From contig OZ024743.1 in NCBI GenBank assembly GCA_964016885.1, positions 141,174,001 to 141,238,000 on the forward strand: 64,000 nt of DNA. Direction: 5' to 3'. Of the stretch, positions 16,200-33,100 are shown piece by piece; within the stretch, counting starts at the first letter, position 1; each line of letters begins with the position of its first letter. This DNA comes from Eledone cirrhosa (Eukaryota). Made by a program: the position numbers and the translations under genes. Below the pieces are notes generated by a model that did no database searches, had not been told where the DNA came from, and was given only the letters and a program-made list of their open reading frames with translations.

Positions 16200-19100
16200 A
16201 ACACCAATCACCAAGACCCAAGCACCAAACACTAAGCACCAAGCACCAAACACCAAACACCAAGCACCAAGCACCCAGAACCAAGCACCAAGCACCAAAC
16301 ACCAAACACAAAGCACCAAGCACCAAACACCAAACACCAAGCACCAAGCACCAAGCACCAAGTACCAAACACCATACACCAAACACCAAGCACCAAACAC
16401 CAAAAACCAATCACCAAGCACCAAAGAGCAAACACCAAGCCCCAAGCACCAAACAACAAACACCAAACACCAAAAAGCAAACACTAAACACAAAACACCA
16501 AACAGCAAACACAAAACACCAAATAGCAAACACCAAACACCAACCAGGAAACACCAAACAGCAAACACCAAACAGCAAACGCCAAACAGCAAACACAAAC
16601 ACCAAACACCAAACACCAAGCACCAAGCACCAAGCACAAAACACCAAGCACCAAGCGCCAAGCACCAAACACCAAACACCAAACACCAAACAGCAAACAC
16701 CAATCACCAAACACCAGACACCAAACACCAAACAGCAAACACCAAACACCAAACAGCAAACACCAAACACCAAACACCAAACAGCAAACACGAAACAGCA
16801 AACACCAAACAGCAAACACCAAACAGCAAACACTCAAACAGCAAACAGCAAACACCAAACTCCAAACACCAAGCACCAAGCACCAAACACCAAGCACCAA
16901 GCAACAAGCACCAATCACCAAGCACCAAGCACTAAACACCAAACACCTAGCACCAAGCACCAAACACCAAGCACCAAGCACCAAGCACCAAACACCAAGC
17001 ACCAAAGACCAAGCCCCAAATACCAAGCACCAAGCACCAAACACTAATCACCAGGGACCAAGCACCAAACACCAAGAACCAAGCACCAAGCACTAAACAC
17101 CAAACACCAAGCACCAAGCACCAAACACCAAACACCAAGCACCAAGTACCAAACTCCAAACACCAAACACCAAGCACCAAGCACCAAATCCCAATCACCA
17201 AACACCAAGCACCAATCACCAAACACCAAACACCAAGCGCCAAGCACCAAACACCAAGCACCAAGCACGAAACACCAAGCACCAAGCACCGAGCACCAAA
17301 CACCAAGTACCAAGCAACAATCACCAAACACCAAGCACCAAGCACCAAACACCAAACAGCAAGCACCAAGCACCAAGCACCAAACATAAAACAACAAGTA
17401 CCAAGCACCAAACACCAAACACCAAACACCAAACACCAAGCACAAAGCACCAAACACCAAACACCAAGCACCAAGCACCAGACACCAAGCACCAAGCACC
17501 AAGCACCAAAAACCAAGCACCAAGCTCCAAGGACCAAACACCAAGCACCAAACACCAAACACAAAGCACCAAGCACCAAACACCAAACACCAAGCACCAA
17601 GCACCAAACACCATACACCAAGCACCAATCACCAAACACCAAGCACCAAGCGCCAAACACCAAACACCAAACACCTAGCACCAAGCACCAAGCACCGAAC
17701 ACCAAGCACCAAACACCAAGCACCAAGCACCAAGCACCAAGCACCAAGCTCCAAACACCAATCACCAAGCCCCAAGCACCAAACACCAAGCACCAAGACC
17801 CAAACACCAAACACCAAGCATCATGCACCCAGAACCAAGCACCAAGCACCAAACACCAAACACCAAGCACCAAGCACCAAACACCAAACACCAAGCACCA
17901 AGCACCAAACACTATACACCAAGCACCAAGCACCAAACACCAAAAACCAATCACCAAGCACCAAAGAGCAAACACCAAGCCCCAAGCACCAAACACCAAA
18001 CACCAAACACCAAAAAGCAAACACTAAACACAAAACACCAAACAGCAAACACCAAACACCAAATAGCAAACACCAAACACCAACCAGGAAACAGCAAACA
18101 CCAAACAGCAAACGCCAAACAGCAAACACGAACACCAAACACCAAACACCAAGCACCAAGCACCAAGCACAAAACACCAAGCACCAAGCGCCAAGCACCA
18201 AACACCAAACACCAAACACCAAACAGCAAACACCAATCACCAAACACCAGACACCAAACACCAAACAGCAAACACCAAACACCAAACAGCAAACACCAAA
18301 CACCAAACACCAAACAGCAAACACGAAACAGCAAACACCAAACAGCAAACACCAAACAGCAAACACCAAACAGCAAACAGCAAACACCAAACTCCAAACA
18401 CAAAGCACCAAGCACCAAACACCAAGCACCAAGCAACAAGCACCAATCACCAAGCACCAAGCACTAAACACCAAACACCTAGCACCAAGCACCAAGCACC
18501 AAACACCAAGCACCAAGCACCAAGCACCAAACACCAAGCACCAAAGACCAAGCCCCAAATACCAAGCACCAAGCACCAAACACTAATCACCAGGGACCAA
18601 GCACCAAACACCAAGAACCAAGCACCAAGCACTAAACACCAAACACCAAGCACCAAACACCAAACACCAAGCACCAAGTACCAAACTCCAAACACCAAAC
18701 ACCAAGCACCAAGCACCAAATCCCAAGCACCAAACACCAAGCACCAATCACCAAACACCAAACACCAAGCGCCAAGCACCAAACACCAAGCACCAAGCAC
18801 GAAACACCAAGCACCAAGCACCGAGCACCAAACACCAAGTACCAAGCACCAATCACCAAACACCAAGCACCAAGCACCAAACACCAAACAGCAAGCACCA
18901 AGCACCAAGCACCAAACATAAAACAACAAGTACCAAGCACCAAACACCAAACACCAAACACCAAACTCCAAGCACAAAGCACCAAACACCAAACACCAAG
19001 CACCAAGCACCAGACACCAAGCACCAAGCACCAAGCACCAAGCACCAAAAACCAAGCACCAAGCTCCAAGGACCAAACACCAAGCACCAAACACCAAACA

Positions 19101-21100
19101 CAAAGCACCAAGCACCAAACACCAAACACCAAGCACCAAGCACCAAACACCAAACACCAAGCACCAATCACCAAACACCAAGCACCAAGCGCCAAACACC
19201 AAACACCAAACACCTAGCACCAAGCACCAAGCACCGAACACCAAGCACCAAACACCAAGCACCAAGCACCAAACACCAAGCACCAAGACCCAAACACCAA
19301 ACACCAAGCACCATGCACCCAGAACCAAGCACCAAGCACCAAACACCAAACACCAAGCACCAAGCACCAAACACTCAACACCAAGCACCAAGCACCAAGC
19401 ACCAAGCACCAAACACCATACACCAAGCACCAAGCACCAAACACCAAAAACCAATCACCAAGCACCAAAGAGCAAACACCAAGCCCCAAGCACCAAACAC
19501 CAAACACCAAACACCAAAAAGCAAACACTAAACACAAAACACCAAACAGCAAACACCAAACACCAAATAGCAAACACCAAACACCAACCAGGAAACACCA
19601 AACCGCAAACACCAAACAGCAAACGCCAAACAGCAAACACAAACACCAAACACCAAGCACCATGCACCAAGCACAAAACACCAAGCACCAAGCGCCAAGC
19701 ACCAAACACCAAACACCAAACACCAAACAGCAAACACCAATCACCAAACACCAGACACCAAACACCAAACAGCAAACACCAAACACCAAACAGCAAACAC
19801 CAAACACCAAACACCAAACAGCAAACACCAAACAGCAAACACCAAACAGCAAACACCAAACAGCAAACACCAAACAGCAAACAGCAAACACCAAACTCCA
19901 AACACCAAGCACCAAGCACCAAACACCAAGCACCAAGCAACAAGCACCAATCACCAAGCACCAAGCACTAAACACCAAACACCTAGCACCAAGCACCAAG
20001 CACCAAACACCAAGCACCAAGCACCAAGCACCAAACACCAAGCACCAAAGACCAAGCCCCAAATACCAAGCACCAAGCACCAAACACTAATCACCAGGGA
20101 CCAAGCACCAAACACCAAGAACCAAGCACCAAACACTAAACACCAAACACCAAGCACCAAGCACCAAACACCAAACACCAAGCACCAAGTACCAAACTCC
20201 AAACACCAAACACCAAGCACCAAGCACCAAATCCCAAGCACCAAACACCAAGCACCAATCACCAAACACCAAACACCAAGCGCCAAGCACCAAACACCAA
20301 GCACCAAGCACGAAACACCAAGCACCAAGCACTGAGCACCAAACACCAAGTACCAAGCACCAATCACCAAACACCAAGCACCAAGCACCAAACACCAAAC
20401 AGCAAGCACCAAGCACCAAGCACCAAACATAAAACAACAAGTACCAAGCACCAAACACCAAACACCAAACACCAAACACCAAGCACAAAGCACCAAACAC
20501 CAAACACCAAGCACCAAGCACCAGACACCAAGCACCAAGCACCAAGCACCAAGCACCAAAAACCAAGCACCAAGCTCCAAGGACCAAACACCAAGCACAA
20601 AACACCAAACACAAAGCACCAAGCACCAAACACCAAACACCAAGCACCAAGCACCAAACACCAAACACCAAGCACCAATCACCAAACACCAAGCACCAAG
20701 CGCCAAACACCAAACACCAAACACCTAGCACCAAGCACCAAGCACCGAACACCAAGCACCAAACACCAAGCACCAAGCACCAAGCACCAAGCACCAAGCA
20801 CCAAACACCAATCACCAAGCCCCAAGCACCAAACACCAAGCACCAAGACCCAAACACCAGAAACCAAGCACCATGCACCCAGAACCAAGCACCAAGCACC
20901 AAACACCAAACACCAAGCACCAAGCACCAAACACCAAACACCAAGCACCAAGCACCAAGCACCAAGCACCAAACACCATACACCAAGCACCAAGCACCAA
21001 ACACCAAAAACCAATCACCAAGCACCAAAGAGCAAACACCAAGCCCCAAGCACCAAACACCAAACACCAAACACCAAACAACAAACACTAAACAACAAAC
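16200..21100 (+). repeat. Left-arm HOR layer: about three tandem copies of a ~1.5 kb unit
   Basis: The landmark CCAAAGAGCAAACACCAAGCCCC occurs at ~16425, 17965, 19469 and 21029 (spacings 1540, 1504, 1560). The marker CTAATCACCAGGGACC occurs at ~17044, 18583 and 20087. Confidence 0.85.
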
Positions 21101-24100
21101 ACCAAACAGCAAACACCAAACACCAAATAGCAAACACCAAACACCAACCAGGAAACACCAAACAGCAGACACCAAACAGCAATCGCCAAACAGCAAACAC
21201 AAACAACAAACACCAAACAGCAAGCACCAAGCACCAAGCACAAAACACCAAGCACCAAACAGCAAACACCAATCACCAAACACCAGACACCAAACACCAA
21301 ACAGCAAACACCAAACACCAAACAGCAAACACCAAACACCAAACACCAAACAGCAAACACCAAACAGCAAACACCAAACACCAAACACCAAACACCAAGC
21401 ACCAAGCACCAAACACCAAGCACCAAGCAACAAACACCAATCACCAAGCACCAAGCACTAAAAACCAAACACCCAGCACCAAGCACCAAGCACCAAAGAC
21501 CAAGCACCAAGCACCAAGCACCAAACACCAAGCACCAAAGACCAAGCCCCAAATACCAAGCACCAAGCACCAAACACCAATCACCAGGCACCAAGCACCA
21601 AACACCAAGAACCAAGCACCAAGCACTAAACACCAAATACCAAGCACCAAGCACCAAACTCCAAACACCAAGCACCAAGTACCAAACTCCAAACACCAAA
21701 CACCAAGCACCAAGCACCAAATCCCAAGCACCAAACACCAAGCACCAATCACCAAACACCAAACACCAAGCACCAAGCACCAAACACCAAAAACCAAGCA
21801 CCAAGCACCAAGCACCAAACACCAAACGCCAAACACCGAACACCAAGTACCAAGCGCCAAACACCAAGCACCAAGCGCCAAAGACCAAACACCAGGCACC
21901 GAGCACGAAACACCAAGCACCAAGCACCAAACACCAAGAACCAAGCACCAAACACCAGACAGCAAGCACCAAGCACCAAACACCATGCACCCAGAACCAA
22001 GCACCAAGCACCAAACACCAAACACCAAGCACCAAGCACCAAACACCAAACACCAAGCACCAAGCACCAAGCACCAAGCACCAAACACCATACACCAAGC
22101 ACCAAGCACCAAACACCAAAAACCAATCACCAAGCACCAAAGAGCAAACACCAAGCCCCAAGCACCAAACACCAAACACCAAACACCAAACAACAAACAC
22201 TAAACACCAAACAACAAACAGCAAACACCAAACACCAAATAGCAAACACCAAACACCAACCAGGAAACACCAAACAGCAAACACCAAACAGCAAACGCCA
22301 AACAGCAAACACAAACACCAAACACCAAACACCAAGCACCAAGCACCAAGCACAAAACACCAAGCACCAAGCACCAAGCACCAAACACCAAACACCAAAC
22401 ACCAAACAGCAAACACCAATCACCAAATACCAGACACCAAACACCAAACAGCAAACCCGAAACAGCAAACACCAAACAGCAGACACCAAACAGCAAACAC
22501 CAAACAGCAAACACCAAACACCAAACACCAAACACCAAGCACCAACCACCAAACACCAAGCACCAAGCAACAAACACCAATCACCAAGCACCGAGCACTA
22601 AAAACCAAACATCTAGCACCAAGCACCAAGCACCAAACACCAAGCACCAAGCACCAAGCACCAAACACCAAGCACCAAAGACCAAGCCCCAAATACCATG
22701 CACCAAGCACCAAACACCAATCACCAGGCACCAAGCACCAAACACCAAGAACCAAGCACCAAGCACTAAACACCAAATACCAAGCACCAAGCACCAAACA
22801 CCAAACACCAAGCACGAAGTACCAAACTCCAAACACCAAACACCAAGCACCAAGCACCAAATCCCAAGCACCAAACACCAAGCACCAAGCACCAAACACC
22901 AAAAACCAAGCACCAAGCACCAAGCACCAAACACCTAACGCCAAACACCGAAAACCAAGTACCAAGCACCAAACACCAAGCACCAAGCGTCAAAGACCAA
23001 ACACCTAGCACCAAGCACGAAACACCAAGCACCAAGCACCGAGCACCAAACACCAAGTACCAGGCACCAATCACCAAACACCAAGAACCAAGCACCAAAC
23101 ACCAGACAGCAAGCACCAAGCACCAAACACCAAACTCCAAGCACCAAGCACCAAACACCAAGCACCAAGCGCCAAAGACCAAACACCAGGCACCAAGCAC
23201 GAAACACCAAGCACCAAGCACCAAACACCAAGAACCAAGCACCAAACACCAGACAGCAAGCACCAAGCACCAAACACCAAACACCAAGCACTAAGCACCA
23301 AACACCAAGCACCAAGCGCCAAACACCAAACACCAAGCACCAAGCACCAAACACCAAGCACCAACCACCAAGCACCAAAGACCAAGCACCAAGCACCAAA
23401 CACCAAGCACCAATCACCAAACAGCAAGCACCAAGCACCAAACACCAAACACCAAGCACCAAGCACCAAACACCAAGCACCAAGCACCAAACACCAAGCA
23501 CCAAGCACCAAACACCAAAAACCAATCACCAAGCACCAAAGAGCAAACACCAAGCCCCAAGCACCAAACACCAAACACCAAACACCAAATAGCAAACACT
23601 AAACACCAAACACCAAACAGCAAACACAAAACAGCAAATAGCAAATACCAAACAGCAAACACCAAACAGCAAACAGCAAACACCAAACACCAACCAGGAA
23701 ACACCAAAGACCAAGCACCAAACACCAAGCACCAAGCACCATGCACCAAACACCAAGCACCAAGCACCAAACAGCAAACACCAAACAGCAAACACCAAAC
23801 ACCAAACACCAACCAGCAAACACCAAACACCAAACACCAAACAGCAAACACCAAACAGCAAACACCAAACAGCAAACACCAAACACCAAACACGAAACAC
23901 CAAACGCCAAAAAGCAAACGCCAAACCCCAAACGCCAAACAGCAAATGCCAAACCCCAAACGCCAAACAGCAAACGCCAAGCGCCAAACACCAAAGACCA
24001 AGCGCCAAGCAACAAACACCAAACACCAAGCACCAAGCACCAAACACCAAACACCAAGCACCAAGTACCAAACACCAAACACCAAGCACCAAACACCAAA

Positions 24101-27100
24101 CAGCAAACGCCAAAAAGCAAACGCCAAACCCCAAACGCCAAACAGCAAACGCCAAGGACCAAACACCAAACACCAAGCGCCAAGCACCAAATACCAAACA
24201 CCAAGCACCAAGCACCAAACACCAAGCACCAAGCGCCAAACACCAAACACCATACACCTAGCACCAAGCACCAAGCACTAAACACCAAGCACCAAGCCCC
24301 AAGCACCAAATAGCAAGCACCCAGCACCATACACCAAACACCAAGCACCAAGCACCCAGAACAAAGCACCAACCACCAAACACCAAACACCAAGCTCCAA
24401 GCACCAAACACCAAACACCAAGCACCAAGCACCAAGCACCAAGCACCAAACACCAAACACCAAGCACCAAGCACCAAACACCAAGCACCAAGCGCCAAAC
24501 ACCAAACACCTAGCACCAAGCACCAAGCACCGAACACCAAGCACCAAACACCAAGCACCAAGCACCAAGCACCAAGCACCAAGCACCAAACACCAATCAC
24601 CAAGCCCCAAGCACCAAACACCAAGCACCAAGCACCAAACACCAAACACCAAGCACCAAGCACCCAGAACCAAGCACCAAGCACCAAACACCAAACACCA
24701 AGCACCAAGCACCAAACACCAAACACCAAGCACCAAGCACCAAGCACCAAGCACCAAACACCATGCACCAAGCACCAAGCACCAAACACCAAAAACCAAT
24801 CACCAAGCACCAAAGAGCAAACACCAAGCCCCAAGCACCAAACACCAAACACCAAACAGCAAACACTAAACACCAAACACCAAACAGCAAACACCAAACA
24901 GCAAATAGCAAACACCAAACACCAACCAGGAAACACCAAACAGCAAACACCAAACAGCAAACGCCAAACAGCAAACACAAACACCAAACACCAAGCACCA
25001 AGCACCAAGCACAAAACACCAAGCACCAAGCGCCAAGCACCAAACACCAAACACCAAACACCAAACACCAAACACCAATCACCAGACACCAGACACCAAA
25101 CACCAAACAGCAAACACCAAACACCAAACAGCAAACACCAAACACCAAACACCATGCACCCAGAACCAAGCACCAAGCACCAAACACCAAACACCAAGCA
25201 CCAAGCACCAAACACCAAACACCAAGCACCAAGCACCAAGCACCAAGCACCAAACACCATACACCAAGCACCAAGCACCAAACGCCAAAAACCAATCACC
25301 AAGCACCAAAGAGCAAACACCAAGCCCCAAGCACCAAACACCAAACACCAAACACCAAACAACAAACACTAAACACCAAACACCAAACAGCAAACACCAA
25401 ACACCAAATAGCAAACACCAAACACCAACCAGGAAACACCAAACAGCAAACACCAAACAGCAAACGCCAAACAGCAAACACAAACACCAAACACCAAACA
25501 CCAAGCACCAAGCACCAAGCACAAAACACCAAGCACCAAGCGCCAAGCACCAAACACCAAACACCAAACACCAAACAGCAAACACCAATCACCAAATACC
25601 AGACACCAAACACCAAACAGCAAACACCAAACACCAAACAGCAAACACCAAACACCAAACACCAAACAGCAAACACCAAACAGCAAACACCAAACAGCAG
25701 ACACCAAACAGCAAACACCAAACAGCAAACACCAAACACCAAACACCAAACACCAAGCACCAACCACCAAACACCAAGCACCAAGCAACAAACACCAATC
25801 ACCAAGCACCGAGCACTAAAAACCAAACATCTAATACCAAGCACCAAGCACCAAACACCAAGCACCAAGCACCAAGCACCAAACACCAAGCACCAAAGAC
25901 CAAGCCCCAAATACCAAGCACCAAGCACCAAACACCAATCACCAGGCACCAAGCACCAAACACCAAGAACCAAGCACCAAGCACTAAACACCAAATACCA
26001 AGCACCAAGCACCAAACACCAAACACCAAGCACCAAGTACCAAACTCCAAACACCAAACACCAAGCACCAAGCACCAAATCCCAAGCACCAAACACCAAG
26101 CACCAATCACCAAACACCAAACACCAAGCACCAAGCACCAAACACCAAAAACCAAGCACCAAGCACCAAGCACCAAACACCTAACGCCAAACACCGAAAA
26201 CCAAGTACCAAGCACCAAACACCAAGCACCAAGCGTCAAAGACCAAACACCTAGCACCAAGCACGAAACACCAAGCACCAAGCACCGAGCACCAAACACC
26301 AAGTACCAGGCACCAATCACCAAACACCAAGAACCAAGCACCAAACACCAGACAGCAAGCACCAAGCACCAAACACCAAACTCCAAGCATGAAGCACCAA
26401 ACACCAAGCACCAAGCGCCAAACACCAAACACCAAGCACCAAGCACCAAACACCAAGCACCAACCACCAAGCACCAAACACCAAGCACCAAGCACCAAAC
26501 ACCAAGCACCAATCACCAAACAGCAAACACCAAGCACCAAACACCAAACACCAAGCACCAAGCACCAAACACCAAGCACCAAGCACCAAACACCAAGCAC
26601 CAAGCACCAAACACCAAAAACCAATCACCAAGCACCAAAGAGCAAACACCAAGCCCCAAGCACCAAACACAAAACACCAAATACCAAATAGCAAACACTA
26701 AACACCAAACACCAAACAGCAAACACAAAACAACAAATAGCAAATACCAAACAGCGAACACCAAACACCAAACAGCAAACACCAAACACCAACCAGGAAA
26801 CACCAAAGACCAAGCACCAAACACCAAGCACCAAGCCCCAAGCACCAAACACCAAGCACCAAGCACCAAACACCAAGCACCAAGCACCAAGCACCATGCA
26901 CCAAACACCAAGCACCAAGCACCAAACAGCAAACACCAAACAGCAAACACCAAACACCAAACACCAACCAGCAAACACCAAACACCAAACACCAAACAGC
27001 AAACACCAAACAGCAAACACCAAACAGCAAACACCAAACACCAAACACCAAACACCAAACGCCAAAAAGTAAACGCCAAACCCCAAACGCCAAACAGCAA

Positions 27101-30100
27101 ATGCCAAACCCCAAGCGCCAAACACCAAAGACCAAGCGCCAAGCAACAAACACCAAACACCAAGCACCAAGCACCAAACACCAAACACCAAGCACCAAGT
27201 ACCAAACACCAAACACCAAGCACCAAACACCAAACAACAAACGCCAAAAAGCAAACGCCAAACCCCAAACGCCAAACAGCAAACGCCAAGGACCAAACAC
27301 CAAACACCAAGCGCCAAGCACCAAATACCAAACACCAAGCACCAAGCACCAAACACCAAACACCAAGGACCAATCACCTAACACCAAGCACCAAGCGCCA
27401 AACACCAAAAACCAAACACCTAGCACCAAGCACCAAGCACCAAACACCAAGCACCAAGCCCCAAGCACCAAACAGCAAGCACCCAGCACCATACACCAAA
27501 CACCAAGCACCAAGCACCCAGAACAAAGCACCAAGCACCAAACACCAAACACCAAGCTCCAAGCACCAAACACCAAACACCAAGCACCAAGCACCAAGCA
27601 CCAAGCACCAAACACCAAACACCAAGCACCAAGCACCAAACACCAAGCACCAAGCGCCAAACACCAAACACCAAACACCTAGCACCAAGCACCAAGCACC
27701 GAACACCAAGCACCAAACACCAAGCACCAAGCACCAAGCACCAAGCACCAAGCACCAAACACCAATCACCAAGCCCCAAGCACCAAACACCAAGCACCAA
27801 GCACCAAACACCAAACACCAAGCACCAAGCACCCAGAACCAAGCACCAAGCACCAAACACCAAACACCAAGCACCAAGCACCAAACACCAAACACCAAGC
27901 ACCAAGCACCAAGCACCAAGCACTAAACACCATACACCAAGCAACAAGCACCAATCACTAAACACTAAACACCAAGCACCAAGCACCAAACACAAACACC
28001 AAGCACCAAGTAACCAAACTCCAAACACCAAACACCAAGCACCAAGCACCAAATCCCAAGCACCAAACACCATTCACCATAAAACAAACACCAAACACCA
28101 AGCATGAAGCACCAAGCACCAAATACCAATCACCAAGCACCAAAGAGCAAACACCAAGCCCCAAGCACCAAACAGCAAACACCAAACACCAAACAGCAAA
28201 CACTAAACACCAAACACCAAAGAGCAAACACCAAACACCAAATAGCAAACACCAAACACCAACAAGGAAACACCAAACAGCAAACACCAAACAGCAAACG
28301 CCAAACAACAAACACAAACACCAAACACCAAACACCAAACACCAAGCACCAAGCACAAAACACCAAGCACCAAGCGCCAAGCACCAAACACCAAACACCA
28401 AACACCAAACACCAAACACCAATCACCAAACACCAGACACCAAACACCAAACAGCAAACACCAAACACCAAACAGCAAACACCAAACACCAAACACCAAA
28501 CAGCAAACACCAAACAGCAAACACCAAACAGCAAACAGCAAACAGCAAACAGCAAACACCAAACACCAAACACCAAGCACCAAGCAGCAAACACCAACAC
28601 CAAGCAACAAGCACCAATCACCAAGCACCAAGCACTAAACACCAAACACCTAGCACCAAGCACCAAGCACCAAACACCAAGCACCAAGCACCAAGCACCA
28701 AACACCAAGCACCAAAGACCAAGCCCCAAATACCAAGCACCAAGCACCAAACACCAATCACGAGGCACCAAGCACCAAACACCAAGAACCAAGCACCAAG
28801 CACTAAACACCAAACACCAAGCACCAAGCACCAAACACCAAGAACCAAGCACCAAGCGCAAACACCGAACACCAAGCACCAAGCACCAAACACCAAGCAC
28901 CAACCACCAAGCACCAAACACCAAGCACCAAGCACCAATCACCAAACACCAAGCACCAAGCACCAAACACCAAACATCAAGCACCAAGCACCAAACACCA
29001 AACTACAAGCACCAAGCACCAAACACCAAACACCAAGCACCAAGCACCAAGCACCAAGCACCAAACACCATACACCAAGCACCAAGCACCAAACACCAAA
29101 AACCAATCACCAAGCACCAAAGAGCAAACACCAAGCCCCAAGCACCAAACACCAAACACCAAACACCAAACAACAAACACTAAACAACAAACACCAAACA
29201 GCAAACACCAAACACCAAATAGCAAACACCAAACACCAACCAGGAAACACCAAACAGCAGACACCAAACAGCAATCGCCAAACAGCAAACACAAACAACA
29301 AACACCAAACAGCAAGCACCAAGCACCAAGCACAAAACACCAAGCACCAAACAGCAAACACCAATCACCAAACACCAGACACCAAACACCAAACAGCAAA
29401 CACCAAACACCAAACAGCAAACACCAAACACCAAACACCAAACAGCAAACACCAAACAGCAAACACCAAACACCAAACACCAAACACCAAGCACCAAGCA
29501 CCAAACACCAAGCACCAAGCAACAAACACCAATCACCAAGCACCAAGCACTAAAAACCAAACACCCAGCACCAAGCACCAAGCACCAAAGACCAAGCACC
29601 AAGCACCAAGCACCAAACACCAAGCACCAAAGACCAAGCCCCAAATACCAAGCACCAAGCACCAAACACCAATCACCAGGCACCAAGCACCAAACACCAA
29701 GAACCAAGCACCAAGCACTAAACACCAAATACCAAGCACCAAGCACCAAACTCCAAACACCAAGCACCAAGTACCAAACTCCAAACACCAAACACCAAGC
29801 ACCAAGCACCAAATCCCAAGCACCAAACACCAAGCACCAATCACCAAACACCAAACACCAAGCACCAAGCACCAAACACCAAAAACCAAGCACCAAGCAC
29901 CAAGCACCAAACACCAAACGCCAAACACCGAACACCAAGTACCAAGCGCCAAACACCAAGCACCAAGCGCCAAAGACCAAACACCAGGCACCGAGCACGA
30001 AACACCAAGCACCAAGCACCAAACACCAAGAACCAAGCACCAAACACCAGACAGCAAGCACCAAGCACCAAACACCATGCACCCAGAACCAAGCACCAAG

Positions 30101-33100
30101 CACCAAACACCAAACACCAAGCACCAAGCACCAAACACCAAACACCAAGCACCAAGCACCAAGCACCAAGCACCAAACACCATACACCAAGCACCAAGCA
30201 CCAAACACCAAAAACCAATCACCAAGCACCAAAGAGCAAACACCAAGCCCCAAGCACCAAACACCAAACACCAAACACCAAACAACAAACACTAAACACC
30301 AAACAACAAACAGCAAACACCAAACACCAAATAGCAAACACCAAACACCAACCAGGAAACACCAAACAGCAAACACCAAACAGCAAACGCCAAACAGCAA
30401 ACACAAACACCAAACACCAAACACCAAGCACCAAGCACCAAGCACAAAACACCAAGCACCAAGCACCAAGCACCAAACACCAAACACCAAACACCAAACA
30501 GCAAACACCAATCACCAAATACCAGACACCAAACACCAAACAGCAAACCCGAAACAGCAAACACCAAACAGCAGACACCAAACAGCAAACACCAAACAGC
30601 AAACACCAAACACCAAACACCAAACACCAAGCACCAACCACCAAACACCAAGCACCAAGCAACAAACACCAATCACCAAGCACCGAGCACTAAAAACCAA
30701 ACATCTAGCACCAAGCACCAAGCACCAAACACCAAGCACCAAGCACCAAGCACCAAACACCAAGCACCAAAGACCAAGCCCCAAATACCATGCACCAAGC
30801 ACCAAACACCAATCACCAGGCACCAAGCACCAAACACCAAGAACCAAGCACCAAGCACTAAACACCAAATACCAAGCACCAAGCACCAAACACCAAACAC
30901 CAAGCACGAAGTACCAAACTCCAAACACCAAACACCAAGCACCAAGCACCAAATCCCAAGCACCAAACACCAAGCACCAAGCACCAAACACCAAAAACCA
31001 AGCACCAAGCACCAAGCACCAAACACCTAACGCCAAACACCGAAAACCAAGTACCAAGCACCAAACACCAAGCACCAAGCGTCAAAGACCAAACACCTAG
31101 CACCAAGCACGAAACACCAAGCACCAAGCACCGAGCACCAAACACCAAGTACCAGGCACCAATCACCAAACACCAAGAACCAAGCACCAAACACCAGACA
31201 GCAAGCACCAAGCACCAAACACCAAACTCCAAGCACCAAGCACCAAACACCAAGCACCAAGCGCCAAAGACCAAACACCAGGCACCAAGCACGAAACACC
31301 AAGCACCAAGCACCAAACACCAAGAACCAAGCACCAAACACCAGACAGCAAGCACCAAGCACCAAACACCAAACACCAAGCACTAAGCACCAAACACCAA
31401 GCACCAAGCGCCAAACACCAAACACCAAGCACCAAGCACCAAACACCAAGCACCAACCACCAAGCACCAAAGACCAAGCACCAAGCACCAAACACCAAGC
31501 ACCAATCACCAAACAGCAAGCACCAAGCACCAAACACCAAACACCAAGCACCAAGCACCAAACACCAAGCACCAAGCACCAAACACCAAGCACCAAGCAC
31601 CAAACACCAAAAACCAATCACCAAGCACCAAAGAGCAAACACCAAGCCCCAAGCACCAAACACCAAACACCAAACACCAAATAGCAAACACTAAACACCA
31701 AACACCAAACAGCAAACACAAAACAGCAAATAGCAAATACCAAACAGCAAACACCAAACAGCAAACAGCAAACACCAAACACCAACCAGGAAACACCAAA
31801 GACCAAGCACCAAACACCAAGCACCAAGCACCATGCACCAAACACCAAGCACCAAGCACCAAACAGCAAACACCAAACAGCAAACACCAAACACCAAACA
31901 CCAACCAGCAAACACCAAACACCAAACACCAAACAGCAAACACCAAACAGCAAACACCAAACAGCAAACACCAAACACCAAACACGAAACACCAAACGCC
32001 AAAAAGCAAACGCCAAACCCCAAACGCCAAACAGCAAATGCCAAACCCCAAACGCCAAACAGCAAACGCCAAGCGCCAAACACCAAAGACCAAGCGCCAA
32101 GCAACAAACACCAAACACCAAGCACCAAGCACCAAACACCAAACACCAAGCACCAAGTACCAAACACCAAACACCAAGCACCAAACACCAAACAGCAAAC
32201 GCCAAAAAGCAAACGCCAAACCCCAAACGCCAAACAGCAAACGCCAAGGACCAAACACCAAACACCAAGCGCCAAGCACCAAATACCAAACACCAAGCAC
32301 CAAGCACCAAACACCAAGCACCAAGCGCCAAACACCAAACACCATACACCTAGCACCAAGCACCAAGCACTAAACACCAAGCACCAAGCCCCAAGCACCA
32401 AATAGCAAGCACCCAGCACCATACACCAAACACCAAGCACCAAGCACCCAGAACAAAGCACCAACCACCAAACACCAAACACCAAGCTCCAAGCACCAAA
32501 CACCAAACACCAAGCACCAAGCACCAAGCACCAAGCACCAAACACCAAACACCAAGCACCAAGCACCAAACACCAAGCACCAAGCGCCAAACACCAAACA
32601 CCTAGCACCAAGCACCAAGCACCGAACACCAAGCACCAAACACCAAGCACCAAGCACCAAGCACCAAGCACCAAGCACCAAACACCAATCACCAAGCCCC
32701 AAGCACCAAACACCAAGCACCAAGCACCAAACACCAAACACCAAGCACCAAGCACCCAGAACCAAGCACCAAGCACCAAACACCAAACACCAAGCACCAA
32801 GCACCAAACACCAAACACCAAGCACCAAGCACCAAGCACCAAGCACCAAACACCATGCACCAAGCACCAAGCACCAAACACCAAAAACCAATCACCAAGC
32901 ACCAAAGAGCAAACACCAAGCCCCAAGCACCAAACACCAAACACCAAACAGCAAACACTAAACACCAAACACCAAACAGCAAACACCAAACAGCAAATAG
33001 CAAACACCAAACACCAACCAGGAAACACCAAACAGCAAACACCAAACAGCAAACGCCAAACAGCAAACACAAACACCAAACACCAAGCACCAAGCACCAA